Source: Marsupella aquatica
Lineage: Eukaryota; Plantae; Marchantiophyta
Length of the DNA: 64,000 nt
NCBI GenBank assembly: GCA_973895155.1
Contig: OZ316896.1
Location: 2,728,001-2,792,000 of the forward strand
Direction: 5' to 3'
Below the pieces are notes generated by a model. The model was not told the DNA's origin and searched no databases. It saw only the letters and a list, made by a program, of their open reading frames with translations. Below are positions 51,170 to 64,000 of the stretch, piece by piece. A program made the position numbers and the translations under genes. The first letter of the stretch is position 1. The number at the start of each line of letters is the position of its first letter.

Positions 51170-54100
51170 TCCTCAACCCCTAAATGTTTTCCATGAGTAG
51201 TTGGAAAATGAAATGCCCACCTCCAATTTTGTGACAGGTGCCAAATAACATGCCTGTCTTCCCAAAACAAATCAACACTTGAAGTTTGCAGACGTTTGCA
51301 GCTGGTCATGTTTGGACATGCCCTCAGTTCTCCTGCATTTGAAAGTCTCCAGATAGCTACAAGTACTCACATATGGAGGTCAAAAGTATAAAAAAATTGT
51401 ATTACCAAAGAACAAAAGGCACCACATGGGGAGACAAGATCCCAAAGGCAGGAGACCCAATACAAATCCAATACAAGGGGAAAAACAAAGAAAAACCCCA
51501 GGAAGACCAAATAGCCAAAAAGGGGGGCACCCATGTGAAGGGTTCTATGTCTGGGCAGGACAGGCTTATCCGAGCTCACATAACAATTCATCACACAGCA
51601 CATAGACCTAGGCCTGTGAACCACTGTGCTTGGTCTTAAATTGCAATGACCCTGGTCTTGCTGTCACCTTCATACCTCTATCTCTAGCGACAACTTTCCA
51701 AGAATACCGCAACGTCCCAACCCCTTCATGATTGATCTCATGGGAATCCTTCACTCTCATTCCCCCTTCTTTTATGTTTACAAGACTTGAGACAAATTTA
51801 TGAGTATATGCTAGTTGGCTTTCACTCAGTTTTGGAAAACATGGCTGTTGGGGCTTTGAACTCAGTTTTAGAGCCAACCCAAGAGCCAACTTGCATGTGG
51901 CTGCCCTCAGTTCTCAATGTATCAGATGGCACTAAAGTATTGACTGAGAATTTTCTGGAGAATCCTCCTGATCAGGCAGGGCTTACAAAGTGGAGAGCCA
52001 ATGGCAAGGGCCACAAATTTTATGGCCCTTGAGCTATTGTACTTTGAATTCACACTAAAACAGAAAAACAGGACACAAAATGACAATTTTTTTCCAAGAA
52101 TATGGACACAAACGGGGCTTGTGCAGCTCACACGTAACGGGTAAACAAATACACTTGAGTATCTAGATCCTGCAATTGGAGTGCAAAGGGCCAATAGTTT
52201 GAAGGCTACCCACATGCAAGTTGGCTCTAAGTCTTGCAAAGCAAATGTTTTTTTCGGCCTTAAAAGGTATTTAAGGAATAAAAAATATTTATGACAAACA
52301 ATTGGAAAGTTTGAGGCTCCAAGTTCATCAACTCTGGACATGAAACCAGTTGAGTCCAAAATCGCAAAGAGAAAAAAGGACCAAAACCAAAGTAAAATCA
52401 GTTATTTGCTCTCCCTCTCATATTGTCGAGTGCCAGAAAAATCTACCAAGATGATAAAACTCCATCAACTTTTCAGTACTTTGCCACTTAAGATGCTCTA
52501 ATTGACAATACTGCCACGGTTTTTATCATATTTACAAAAATGCCACGGTTTCGTATATGGTACTCTATACTATAATAATTGATCCAAGATTATTCATGAC
52601 CTACTCCATACATTGTACACTAGGCCACAATTTCTCTCAATTTTTTTGACATTTTGAATATGCTTGGGAGTAGAGAAAGGCTTGACATTTAAACTATTCT
52701 TGAGAGTAGAGATGGACAGGGGAGCCCTTCCTGGGTGTCCAGGCTAGCTACACCTAAAATGATTAACCAGGAAGGCCACTCACAAATAAGTGTGTAGTTG
52801 TCCCAGCAAAAATGATCCACCATGAAGGCTATCCACAAACAAATGTGTAATTGTTCCACCAAAACTGATGCACCATGAAGGCCATCCACAAACCAGTGTG
52901 TAATTGAAGGGTCTGGCTCACAAATAACCTTAAACAATCCCTTTCAGAGAAATGCTCACCATAGCCACATCCGGAGAGGAGAGGATTCATTTCGGAAAAC
53001 CAGTGCATACCCCCAACGCGTCGAGGATGCAATGAAGATTTCGCTTGGTTTTTCCTTTGATCAATTAGTCTTGACAGTGTCGTGAATGCCCATTGCAAAC
53101 ACTGCGATCAATAGGAGCCATCCGAGGTCCTAGAGTGGAGGCTGGTTGATTCGTGTTGGGAGCTCAAATCTCGACGGGTAATCATCCTCTTTGCCCCGTG
53201 GACGTCTGGCTCATTGCGAGGTGAGTCAATCAATGCGTGTGCTGCATCTAGATTTCAGGGAGAACCCAGCATCAGTAAGATGCTGTCCGGATTCCTTTCC
53301 TTGCGATTTTATCCCTCCTTGACTGAAAGCAATTCTCTTCTCTCTCCTCTTTGATTGATTGAATCATTCATGGCTCTCAAGTACTATTTAGTGAACAGAG
53401 ATGCTTCGTCTGATATTTGTCCCTGGGTCCAGGTTTGCTTTCCAATTCGAGTCACTTCTTTTGCTCACGTCGTGGCCTTCAAAATAGTTTGTTCATTTGT
53501 GATTAGAGTCTGGTTAAAATGATCTTGACAAGGTGACCCTCTGGAAACGTTTTATGAAGAAGATGATCCCTAAAGTTATGTAGCGGGGACAATGCAGCAA
53601 AGTAGATGATCCTGACGTGCCGTTGGGGGCCACTGGACCGTCAATTCCATTCGGGTCATTCTCTGTTTGAAACACTCTTGAGTAAGATGAGAGTCAGTAT
53701 TATTTCCATGGAATTCCGAAGGAATTAAATTTTGAAGGCCATGGCAACGGGAAATCCTAAAACCCTAAACCCTGGATTTGCTGGCAACGTAGGATCTATT
53801 TCATTAGATTTTCCTGTTCACAGTTCCAACTGTTTTTCGCGATATATCATTTGTTCATTGACATTTTTGAATCCGTCTTTTGACGCAAATCCGAATTCAG
53901 TAAGATTGGATGCCAATAGCTGCAACAGGTATATATACGGAATGGGAGACTAATAATCCTGCGCTCGATTTAGGATTTCTGTGAAAAACTTTTTTTGCTT
54001 GAATGAGAGTTGAAGCAAGGGCCCAGTAGATGGTGGTGAAGAACGACCTTTTGCTGAAGGTTCACGCGATGCTCTTTACAGGGTCTTAGACTTTTAACAC

Positions 54101-54228
54101 CAAGTACTTGATTTTGGTTCCAACAGGTGCAGACGTTGCAGACAACGTCAGGGTTTCAGTTCTAGTGCAAGGCTGTGCAATGGAGAGAAGCTGATCTGAT
54201 TGATCAAGAAGACTACTGCGATTGCATC

Positions 54229-57200
54229 ATGATGAGCTCCGCGATGAGTATCACTGCCCTCTCGTCCCTGTCCGGGGAAACTTTAGGAGTGTTTGGCATT
54301 GATCGACTCAGCATTGCAGATTGCAACTCAAGGAAACTCGTCAATTACAGATCCAGGAAATCGCTCGAGGCACTGAGAAATGCACGTTTTGAGCTTTCTT
54401 CAAAGTTTGCGAACGGTACAGAACACTCAGGGATCTGGAACGTTCCCTTAGGAGCGAACGTAAGAAGGCGACGGTCAAGTACAGAAAGAACAACTGTTGT
54501 TGCTATGACACAGATTCGGAGTGGCACGGACGGCAGAAGCACACAAGGAAGCCCAGGAGCGGCTTTGAGAAGAATTCTGGCAACTCCTGGAGTGCACCAA
54601 GGTCCAGCTTGTTTTGACGCCTTGAGTGCCAGGCTTGTGGAGCAGGCAGGTTTCGACTATGCTTTTATGAGTGGTCAGTATGATTTCTCATTGTCTATAG
54701 ACCATGTTTCAATGGTAAGGTGTTGGTGAGAGATGGGGTCACCTCTGACCAACTTGCTCTCGAAGTTGATTAATTGAGCCCAGCAGATTAGGTCCCTTCG
54801 ACGGCAGATCATCCCATTTACATCAGATAGACTACAGAATTGGTGGAAACCTTGACTGTAGCCTCTAGACGGTCATGCACGTCTCAAGCGTCGGTTGCTA
54901 TGTACTGTAGTATTAGTGGAGTGGCTGCAAGGCCCCATCAAATAGTCAAGCTTAAACCCGGCTAAAAGTTTAAACTGGAGAAGATTTGCACCCTGCCACA
55001 ACTATGTTCTTGAGTGTTTCTCAGGGTCGTGATATGTACTTCATGTGATCAAGGAAGTAATAAACGAAGGCATTCTTTATTGGCAGGCTTTGCAGTTTCA
55101 GCTGTACGTCTTGGGGCGCCGGATGTTGGACTTCTCTCTTATGGAGAAGTGCTGGAACAGGGCAGACTCATCACTAGTGCGGTTTCCATTCCTGTTATAG
55201 GAGATGGAGACAACGGTTATGGAAACGCACTCAATGTGAAGAGAACTGTGAAAGGATTCATCCAAGCAGGCTTTGCCGGGATTCTTATTGAAGATCAGGT
55301 TTCTTTGTTGTCCTGGTCCTGGTCCTGTGGCCCCAATCACATGAATACCATTTATTCGTTCCTCATGCGCAAACGCAACTCTAAGTGTGGATCTTCTTAG
55401 GCATCCGCTAACTCAGGCATATATGTACACTTGTCGTAGGTGAATTCCTTTCATCTTGTTCTACCTGGCAAAAATCAGGCTGGAGGAATTGCTCTGTATT
55501 TGGTAGCGGAGTGCTAGCCCTCTCTATCTCTTGCCTATCTATGCTTGAGAAGGTTTTCCAGGGCCAGCTCCCTCTGACAAGCGATTGAGCGCCAATGATC
55601 TCTGTTGGTGAAGTGTTCTAAAGTAGTTCTCCCATATGTCTGTTGAGCAGGTGTCACCAAAGTCTTGTGGTCATTTTGGAGGAAAACAAGTCGTGTCTAG
55701 ACAGGAGGCACTCACTCGAATCAAAGCAGCTATTGATGCACGATCAGAGGCCTTAAGTGATATAGTGATTCTTGCGCGCTCAGATGCCCGCCAGGCAGAG
55801 AGTCTCGAGGAGGCTCTGTGGAGAGTGCAAAAATTCGCGGAACTTGGAGCAGATGTCGTATTTATTGATGCACTGGCCTCTAAGGATGAAATGCTCGCAT
55901 TTTCTAAAGTGGCTTCAAACACACCCAAAATGGTATGTTTCGTGCATCCAAATATCACCGATGGAGAAGTTGTTATTTTCTTGTCGCCCAGTCAAAGCTT
56001 GACATGTTTTTTTTCCCTAATCACCAAAAGCACTCAGAAGTTCGTCGTGATCAAGCAGGCGAACATGCTGGAAGGTGGTGGTCGTACACCTATTCTGACT
56101 CCCTTGCAATTGGAGGAGCTGGGCTTTAAGCTTGTTGCGTACCCTCTTTCTTTGGTTGGTGTTTCTATGCGAGCAATGCAGGTTCCCAACAACGCCCAAT
56201 CTCATTAAGCATTCTGTGGTATTCATGTTTTGCTCTCCTATATCTTGAAGAGAGGCCGAACAATCAAACATCCTGGTCTTTGTCCAAAAGTTGTCCCATG
56301 TCTGCATTTATGGATTTCGAGCCCTGTAGATACTTTCACATTTCCATTTCCACATTTGCAGGTTTGTCCCTAAATCCTCACTATACGGATGGCATGGGTT
56401 GTTGTGTTCCGTGCGCAGGATGCTCTCAAAGCACTTAAAAGTGGGCGCCTCCCACCTCCTGGAAATCTACCCAGCTTCAGTGAGATCAAAGATGTTGTCG
56501 GAATAAAGGAATATTATGAGGAAGATGAAAGATATGCTGCCCTGCAATTCCAAACTTCCGCAAGTGCACGAAAAGGACCTGGTTAGGTTTTACTGTCACT
56601 GGACGTCGAATCCAGTTCACTCAGGATTGTTTGCAATGCTGCAAAAGTGCTTTCCTGGGATGGGATTGTTCACCTCTTCCTCTCATGTCGATGACTAAGG
56701 AAGTATGATTTGTAGTATTTTGATGCCTGTTGGAGGGATTGTTCAAAAGCTAACCAGGATTGTAGTGGCTTTACCTCTGTCGGACTGTGGCCCCAGACCC
56801 GGATAAAATAGTGAAACCTTAAACTAAAAAGCAGTCCAGCTGGGCGGCGATATCACCCGTTTTAATGGCTAATGGAGTATTTTTCTTATCAGATCTGGAA
56901 GGCAGTAAACCTCTTCCTTCAGACAGCCAAGGTATCGATGGAGAGAGCTCAAGTTCCATATTGGAAGGGGACGTCGTTGACAACGACGGTACTACAGGTA
57001 CACAAGAAGACGATGTGGTTTTGAATCCGGAGATCCTAGCTGATGAGGATGCCAGCTCCAGTCAAGGCTCAATCTCAAATGTCTGGTCACGAACTTTGCG
57101 CATCAAAATTACTGGGAGTAATGGCAATGTCAAGCTAGATGTCCGTATTCCCGTAAGTTCCTATTTCACAATCCTGGGATTTATTTCGTTCTTAAACGAA

Positions 57201-57928
57201 GGACTTCTTTGCTGCAGTGAGCCTGATGTTGAATATTTACCAGTCTAGATCTAAAGTCCAGCTCTGTTTTAAGCTGGATTTGCTGAACTCTTGTTCCCTT
57301 CGAGCTGGTCAGAATTTATCAGTATGCTGCATCTATCCTGCTCAAGTTTTGGTTGTTCCTGCAATGTTTGTTGGAAAATGACCTTGTTCAATTTCTCATG
57401 AAAAATGTTTGTTGGAGGAAACGCAGGCTGGCTTCTTAGATGGGCTCTCGAGCACAATTCCAGGTAGTTAAACAGATAACCACATCAAGTCCTACTTTCC
57501 TGTAGATTAATTTCCCGTTGTATATTATTTAGACTTTACGCAAAGGATACGAGTGACCCTTTGAAATGCCAATCATTGATTTTAGTGCTGTAGAATGTAC
57601 GAAGAGCCTTTTTTAGTTTCTTAGGGAACGCATGCCAGACATCAATGATTCATGAAGATTCCATCTGTCACCATATTGCCAGTCGAGCTCCAAGATGCTG
57701 ACAATCAAACTAGCGTTTCTTGCCGTTAGTTCTTGTCCACGACTGGTAACAGGCTTGATGAACACTGTTCGTATGGGTTGGTGTAATTTTGCAGGGGTAG
57801 CTGGCTTCAATGTAAAGAAGCTTCTGGATGATGCAATCTATGAGATGAAAGGAAATGTGGGGAGTGGACAACAATTAGTGGACTTTGTGGATCCTCGAGG
57901 GGAGCGGATCCAAGTCTTTTTGGAATAG
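54229..57928 (+). CDS. Isocitrate lyase/PEP mutase superfamily enzyme (2,3-dimethylmalate lyase-like) with probable organellar transit peptide, 8 coding exons, ~551 aa
   Basis: Exons 54229-54673, 55087-55298, 55651-55932, 56059-56181, 56419-56581, 56893-57152, 57427-57463, 57795-57928, all GT-AG and in phase. Motifs FDALSA, SG, PVIGDGDNGYG, IEDQ..PKSCGH, ARSDA, ANMLEGG. Confidence 0.94.
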
Positions 57929-59059
57929 ACTTATGTTTCACACATGAGACGGAAATTGACAGTAGTCTGCTAGTCACACAACAGCCACCCCCTTTCCTGT
58001 CCTTTCTCTCATAACTGCAGTTTTGCTGTGACCACAGACTAGCCAGTTACAGACAATCGAATTTCGACCACATGTAAAAGAATGGGATGAATAACTTTGA
58101 AATGCGACCTCCAGATTTTCGACGAACAAGGTCACCACTGTGCTCCCAGATTCTGTGGGTATGAGTTCAATTTTGCAAAGCATGCAGTCTGTGAAGGTTC
58201 ACGCAGAAAAAACGTTTGATGAAGGGGATGAGAATTAATCAATCTTAAAAGTAGGCTGTCAGTTTGGAACAAGTAGAGGTGGAAGTAGATCAATGTCCCA
58301 TGGACATCACAATCTGATGAGATCCAGAAGTAGGTCAAGGACCATGGACACCATGTTGTGACTACCACCAACTCAGTGGAGTACTTCCCCACCCCAAAAA
58401 ACAGAAGAATTGAACTATGCTTGTGGAGGATTGGCCTACTATGCGGGAATGATAAGCCTTTCTAGTATCTGAGCTCAAGAGGCTCTACTCTATCGTATGA
58501 GAGGATTGGTCAATATACGAGTGACCTTAAACCAACTCTGAAGGACCAGGATATTTGAAAGATGGGATTTAGATGGACCAAGCATTATGGTGTGTTTTCC
58601 AAGGAGTAAACTTGTTCTGTAGCTACTGACAAAATTACAATTGATTGCCAACTTGGCATGCAGTTAACTGCCCCCGAGTTCTTGTAAATCCAATCGAGAA
58701 CATTCCCACTCATTATGGATCCCGAATTTTAAAGCAGAGCGAATGAATTGAAACAGTGGGCCTGATGTCCTGTCATTCTCATCCACCTCTTCGACTTCAA
58801 TCTTATCCACTCACTTTACTGTCCAGATTTGACCTCAGAGAGAATAAAATTCATCGTAAGGTTCAGATTTAATCTCAGACACTCGTCCAATTTTAATCTC
58901 ATCTATTCATTACCCAATCCAGATGTAAGTTGAGAGGGAATACTCATTACACAGTCCGATTTAATCTCTCAGAGAATACTCGTTATACAGTTCAGACTTA
59001 ATGTTCGATGGAATAAAAACAAGCGACCGGCCAGCGTCTTGTCATGGTCATAAGGGTGA

Positions 59060-59342
59060 CAACAAATTGCCCTCCGGTGATTCCAATTGTGCAGATTGAG
59101 CATTGGACAGATTACACTTGGGGACCTCTGATGCCGTTTACCCAGGAGCTCTACCATGCTTCGGGACCTCTTATGCGGTTTACCCCGGAGCTCTACCATG
59201 CAACAAATTGCCCTCGGGTGATTCCAATTGTGCAGATTGAGCATTGGACAGATTCCACTTGGGGACCTCTTTTGCCGTTTACCCCGGAGCTCTACCATGC
59301 TTCGGGATCTCTTATGCCGTTTACCTAGGAGCTCTACCATGC
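59060..59342. repeat. 141-bp tandem duplication with ~40-bp internal subrepeats
   Basis: caacaaattgccctc at 59060 and 59201. 'gtttacc..ggagctctaccatgc' occurs 4 times. Confidence 0.9.
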
Positions 59343-59577
59343 TATTCAGTTCTCAGCCGGGTCGGTTGTTAGTCTTTTGCTCTTCTTGATATTAGTATTT
59401 TGAGTTTTGTCCCCTTTTTGTTGTGGGGGACTGCTTGGCTTTTTGGGTCTCTTGGTGTTCTTGGTGCCTTTCCCCCTTTCCCCCCTCTATTGGGTTGCCT
59501 TGGTTGGCGTTGTTGTCGTTGGGCACTGTGATATATATCGAGCATTCATCAACTTAAGCTCACGGAGAGCAAGCATC

Positions 59578-60243
59578 ATGACGTCTCGTCGAACAGTGCT
59601 CATCATCGCCCTCGAGCAGAGCTCGTTCTTCAACAATCTGTACGCGGGCCTCCTCGCTGCCCTCCGAGACAAGGCAGATGTCGTCCTCGAGGCAACAACA
59701 GTCGAGAGCGCGATTGCGCAGCTTGGGCTTCCCCCGGCAGACATTGCAGCCGTGCTGGTCGTCGATCCCGCTGTGATCCTTCCTCGCTTCGCAAAAGTGG
59801 CGTCGAAGATGGTCCAGTACGCTCGAGACGGCGGCACTCTCATCTTCGGCGGGCTTTGTAGCAGCTTTGGAAGACCGGACGACTTCGGCAATTTCTTCGG
59901 GCGTACGTTGACGGTGCCGTGGAAATTCGGCTCCTATCATCGCACTACGTTCGCGCTCAATCCGTCTCTGGCGACGAACGAGCGATTCGCAAACGGGGCA
60001 GTGCCGAAATCATACAGTATGAAGGCCGTGCATATCACCGGAGCGGGGCCGGAGTCTCAGCTGTACGTTGCCACCAACAAATCAGTCATTGAGTCGAATG
60101 TCTTCTACCCTAGCCCGATCACCAATCGGAGTGAGAGTCCGGTTCTCTTCGCGGAGTATGGACGTGGATTTGTGGGTTGGATTGGCGATGTCAATGCGGA
60201 AGTGGAATCCACAGCTGTTGTTGTGGCCATGTGCAATCTGTAG
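59578..60243 (+). CDS. Intronless 221-aa protein resembling a fungal uncharacterised family (class I glutamine amidotransferase-like fold, inferred)
   Basis: ATG at 59578, TATA-like TATATAT at ~59532, uninterrupted and visibly GC-rich ORF. Motifs YARDGGTLIFGG, WKFGSYHRTTFALN, SYSMKAV, GFVGWIGDVNAE, AMCNL. Confidence 0.85.
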   Translation: MTSRRTVLIIALEQSSFFNNLYAGLLAALRDKADVVLEATTVESAIAQLGLPPADIAAVLVVDPAVILPRFAKVASKMVQYARDGGTLIFGGLCSSFGRPDDFGNFFGRTLTVPWKFGSYHRTTFALNPSLATNERFANGAVPKSYSMKAVHITGAGPESQLYVATNKSVIESNVFYPSPITNRSESPVLFAEYGRGFVGWIGDVNAEVESTAVVVAMCNL

Positions 60244-60630
60244 TGCAACGCAGGCTGTGAGGCCTCTGCCAACTGTTGGTGCCATTTGTGTTTCTAGACC
60301 TCTGTCCCCAGCAGTCGACCTTCGATTCACCTCCTTTCGCGCCAATTTGGCATTTCAGAACCTCTTTCGTCCTTTCACTACGTCGAGGCTAATAATTCTT
60401 CTCAATGTTTTGGAGTGAGCAAAAGCAATGCGTATGGAATCCGGTGGATATTTAGGATTTAGGTTACTAGCGGACTACCCAGGCCAGCAGATGGAAATCA
60501 GCCACAGTGTCATTCTTACTGAGAGCGACAATTGTTATTCGGGGCAGGTTTCCACTGGTGCTCGGTATGGATACAGAGAATCGTCGTCAGTTGATGCTCC
60601 TTTCCTCGACAGCGCTGATGACAACAGATT

Positions 60631-60765
60631 ATCCACTGTCTTCCAGTCTTGTCATTCCAAGCTTTTGCCACAGCCCCATCCACTGTATTCCAGTCTTAGT
60701 CATTCCAAGCTTTTGCCACAGCCCCATCCACTGTATTCCAGTCTTGTCATTCCAAGCTTTTGTCA
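60631..60765. repeat. ~48-bp tandem repeat (~2.6 copies)
   Basis: ttccagtctt(a)gtcattccaagctttt at 60641, 60688, 60736. Confidence 0.88.
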
Positions 60766-63700
60766 CATACTCCACGGATATAGTTACCTTACAGGACATA
60801 ATATATCATATGCAGATCTTGTACATTGATGGACAGACTCGATTGTCTTTGGGGCCGGAGAAGGTCAAGAGTCGGAATTCAATCCTAGGAACAATCGCAG
60901 CATTTTGAAAGTCTTCTTGCAGTCAGAATGTGGCATCTATGTCTGTTGTTGTTGTTAAAGCTTTGTGTAGTTTGTATTACAATTATGAGAAGATCTTGTG
61001 AATCTGTGGCATATGGCGACTGGCTTGTGGATGTGGAAATCCTCTGCTTTCGGGGCAATGGTTTTGGTGCACTTTTTTTGTGTCCTGGTAGTGGACGTGC
61101 AATTGGCCAGTGTCTCGTCTCGCCTTTCCTTCGAACAGCTCCTTTCAATAATGTCACGATCTTAAGGTTGATTGCTAAACTTCGTCACGTTGCTTTCCAA
61201 GTGAGCGAGCAGACTATCGCTGTGGGATCTATGGATCGTCCTACAGGCGTTGCAAAATTGGAGCTACTGTCACATAGAATAAAGCTTGCTCATGCATTCC
61301 GAACAGGTCGACAAATGATCAAAAGATGATCCGATTGCCGCTAGCTGCCACTTCTAAGTTGTCGAGCCCGGTTTTAACTGTTTAATCTAAGCTGCAACAA
61401 TATCCGTTAAATCTAAACGGCAACAATATCCGTTAAATCTAAACTTCATCACTAAATTAATCCGTGTAACCCATGTTATTTTAGAGTCACTTATCTAGGG
61501 CTTAGATGAACCTCTAATTCTAAAGAAAAAATTCAAAAATGTACAAGTCACCTAAGATTCAAAAATGGACAAGTCAATGTTTGATTGACACTTGAAAGAG
61601 TTACCAAACTTACTAAAGTAACCATAATTAATATCAATCACAAAATCAATATCAATTGTAGTATGAATTACTCTCACACTCTCATTGGAAAGCTAGAGAA
61701 CATTGGAAATTTATAATCTACTCAAAACTCAATTAGATCTATCAATGTTAAGTTAGTTAAAAAATTACAGAAAATCTAAAATTCATAATCTCCTTAATAC
61801 TTGATAAAATTTGTCAATTTAGGTTCATTCTTATAGAAAGTGTCAACATTTAAGGGGTTGTACAACAAAGATTTCTATTAATGTTAGAGATTATGAAATC
61901 ACGGGTAAAATTTAATTTTCGAATTATTTACTCAATTCTTATTGAATGGTGACAATGCTGAGCTCATTAGGACCGTCTTTTCAAGATCTTTCCAACGCCA
62001 TATTATACATGAGTTTTCATTATAATTTGACTCAGCAATGTCAAATAAAAAATTATTGCCGGGAAAATTTTATATTTTGAATAAAATCAAAATGTAAATA
62101 AAACCATTACTTTTGTCTTTTGATTTGCATGTCAGTTTTTGTTACATTCTTTTTTACGGCATGATATCCCAGTTTTTACAACAAAGTTGTCACAAACACG
62201 AATGCAAAAGTTAATTCTATCCAAAAACAAGTCTCTTCCTGTTTGCAACGTGCCATGATGATGTGGTGCACTGTGGAGCCAGGAATTTTGGAAGGACCCC
62301 TAATGGGGGTCTGTAAACATAAATCAAGACACATGATTTCCAAATCACTTGGCACATGATATCTAAATCACTTGGTTTTGGTTTGTACATTATAAATATA
62401 CTGTATTGGTTTATGTTCTGGTGTACAGACCAAGTTTATGTTCTGGTGTACGGGCCGGTGTACGGGCCAAGTTTATGTGTTGCCCCACAAGTAAACTTTT
62501 CATGGTCCGTCAAGGCTAAACCGGGTGACGAGGGAATGCTCCTCTGCTTTTCAAACGCTGCAGGTGACCATTAGCTTAGGTGAGAGCATTTTAATTAAAG
62601 TACCGTCAGTCGAGTGAAATTATGTACCATTTAAGCTCTGGCAGATACAGACAGCACAGATTATTCAAGGAACAAAATTAACACTCCAAATGGTTTAAGG
62701 CCCGCAAATACGGAACGGGGATATCCCTTTATGTGTATGGTCTACCCACTTATGTGGGGAGACCTAACATGGGAGACTACTATATATGTCATAAAGGGAT
62801 AAGTCCAACCTTAACAACATTATGTTAAGATTGTCAAACATTTACAAAACTTACTTTGCCATGTGTAATGACAACATCCTGAGCATCCAGCTATTGCTTT
62901 TGCAAACATATGAGCCTAGCAGACCTTATATTCACATGGTTCATTTTTTAATGAGATAGAATCCTTGAGAAAATGTGCTGATGTGTTGGGTATGAGTGAA
63001 CCAGAGCCTGACGACCTTAACGCTCTTGGTAGTCCCCGCCTACCTCTCATGTCCTCACTTCTAGGAGTAACGTGTTCAACATTTAATGGTGTACTTCAAG
63101 TCCTGAGTGCACGTTCTGTGTGCTCCCCGACCCCGGGGTCCTCACCTCTTTTCTTCCAACCCATCATGCGCAAATAAGTATAGGGTTTTTTTATTGTGTT
63201 TAGTGAAAGAGTATTAAATTTTTGTTGAAGAACATTAGGGTTGTTTTATTTTAGTTTTGAGAATTATAAGAATCGTAGGGTTTTCTAAACCAAATTTGAG
63301 AAGATTCCAAGAATATTCCACTAAATTAGAGGTAAATACTTTATTGACTTTAGTTCTAGGGTGTTTATTCCCCCAAAACTTTGTGCATTATATGGGCTAC
63401 CCTTTGGATTGAGGTCCTTGAGTCCATGACCCAAAAGCACACCGAGTAAGACGACTATAAAATCTTTTGTCATTATACCTTGGATTTGTGAGCATCAAGA
63501 AAAATCAACCCCGTGGAGGTGTTAGCTTTGATCCAATCTTACCAGCAACTCCTCCATAGCCATGCCTGTTGTCCTGAGCTTTGAGCGAGTAGCTCTTCGT
63601 TCCAAAGACAGCTGAAAGGCCCTAGTAAACTCAAAATCTTTCAATGCTTTGTAAGTATGAGGTGATGCAAATAGACTGCAGTTTTCCAATCAATGCTGTA

Positions 63701-64000
63701 AAGTATTAACTAGATATACATTAACAATTATCGCATTCTGAATGCTAGGATAAGAAACTTGACCTTTTGGATACACCAGCCATATCTACCAATTAATAAG
63801 AAACTTGACCTTTTGGGATTAGTGACTCTATGGCATGTGGGGCCTCTTTGGTCTTCTTGGGGTCTTCCCTTTTTCTCATTCCCCCCTTTATTGGATCTTT
63901 TGCCTATGGGATCGTGTTTGACATGGTTTGTTCTTTGACAGTTTGATCCATACTTTGGGACCCTGTTTGGGATATGTGAGTCAGATCTCCCAATAAATAA

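Noticed and set aside
51608-51889. Possible LINE remnant (KEGGMRVKD resembles the post-RT K..GGLG motif)
   Set aside because: A single weak motif; cannot be supported without a search.
53757-53773. Telomere-like aaaccctaaaccct
   Set aside because: Only about two units; consistent with a common telo-box, not an interstitial telomere array.
59407-59577. Hydrophobic N-terminal extension of the 278-aa ORF
   Set aside because: Begins at TTG in a low-complexity tract upstream of the TATA-like motif; ATG at 59578 is the better start.

Overview
Eukaryotic land-plant genomic DNA. Intron style, Copia/Helitron content and gene set suggest a non-seed plant such as a liverwort (inference only). Six protein-coding genes can be built with consistent splice phases: (1) a 10-exon DUF266/BC10-like glycosyltransferase; (2) a 2-exon CYP77/CYP89-like P450; (3) a membrane-anchored coiled-coil/acidic protein; (4) a CBP1/MEE14 homologue; (5) an 8-exon isocitrate lyase/PEP mutase family enzyme; (6) an intronless gene resembling a fungal protein family (HGT candidate). 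Mobile DNA includes a full-length but decayed Ty1/Copia element with TSD, PBS and PPT, two back-to-back sister non-autonomous Helitrons with internal minisatellites and stacked 3' ends, and several TIR/foldback elements. The most unusual non-coding structure is a ~380-bp x6 tandem array whose every unit carries a ~100-nt stem-loop, adjoined by a derived 63-bp array. All family assignments come from motif recognition by eye; no database search was run.
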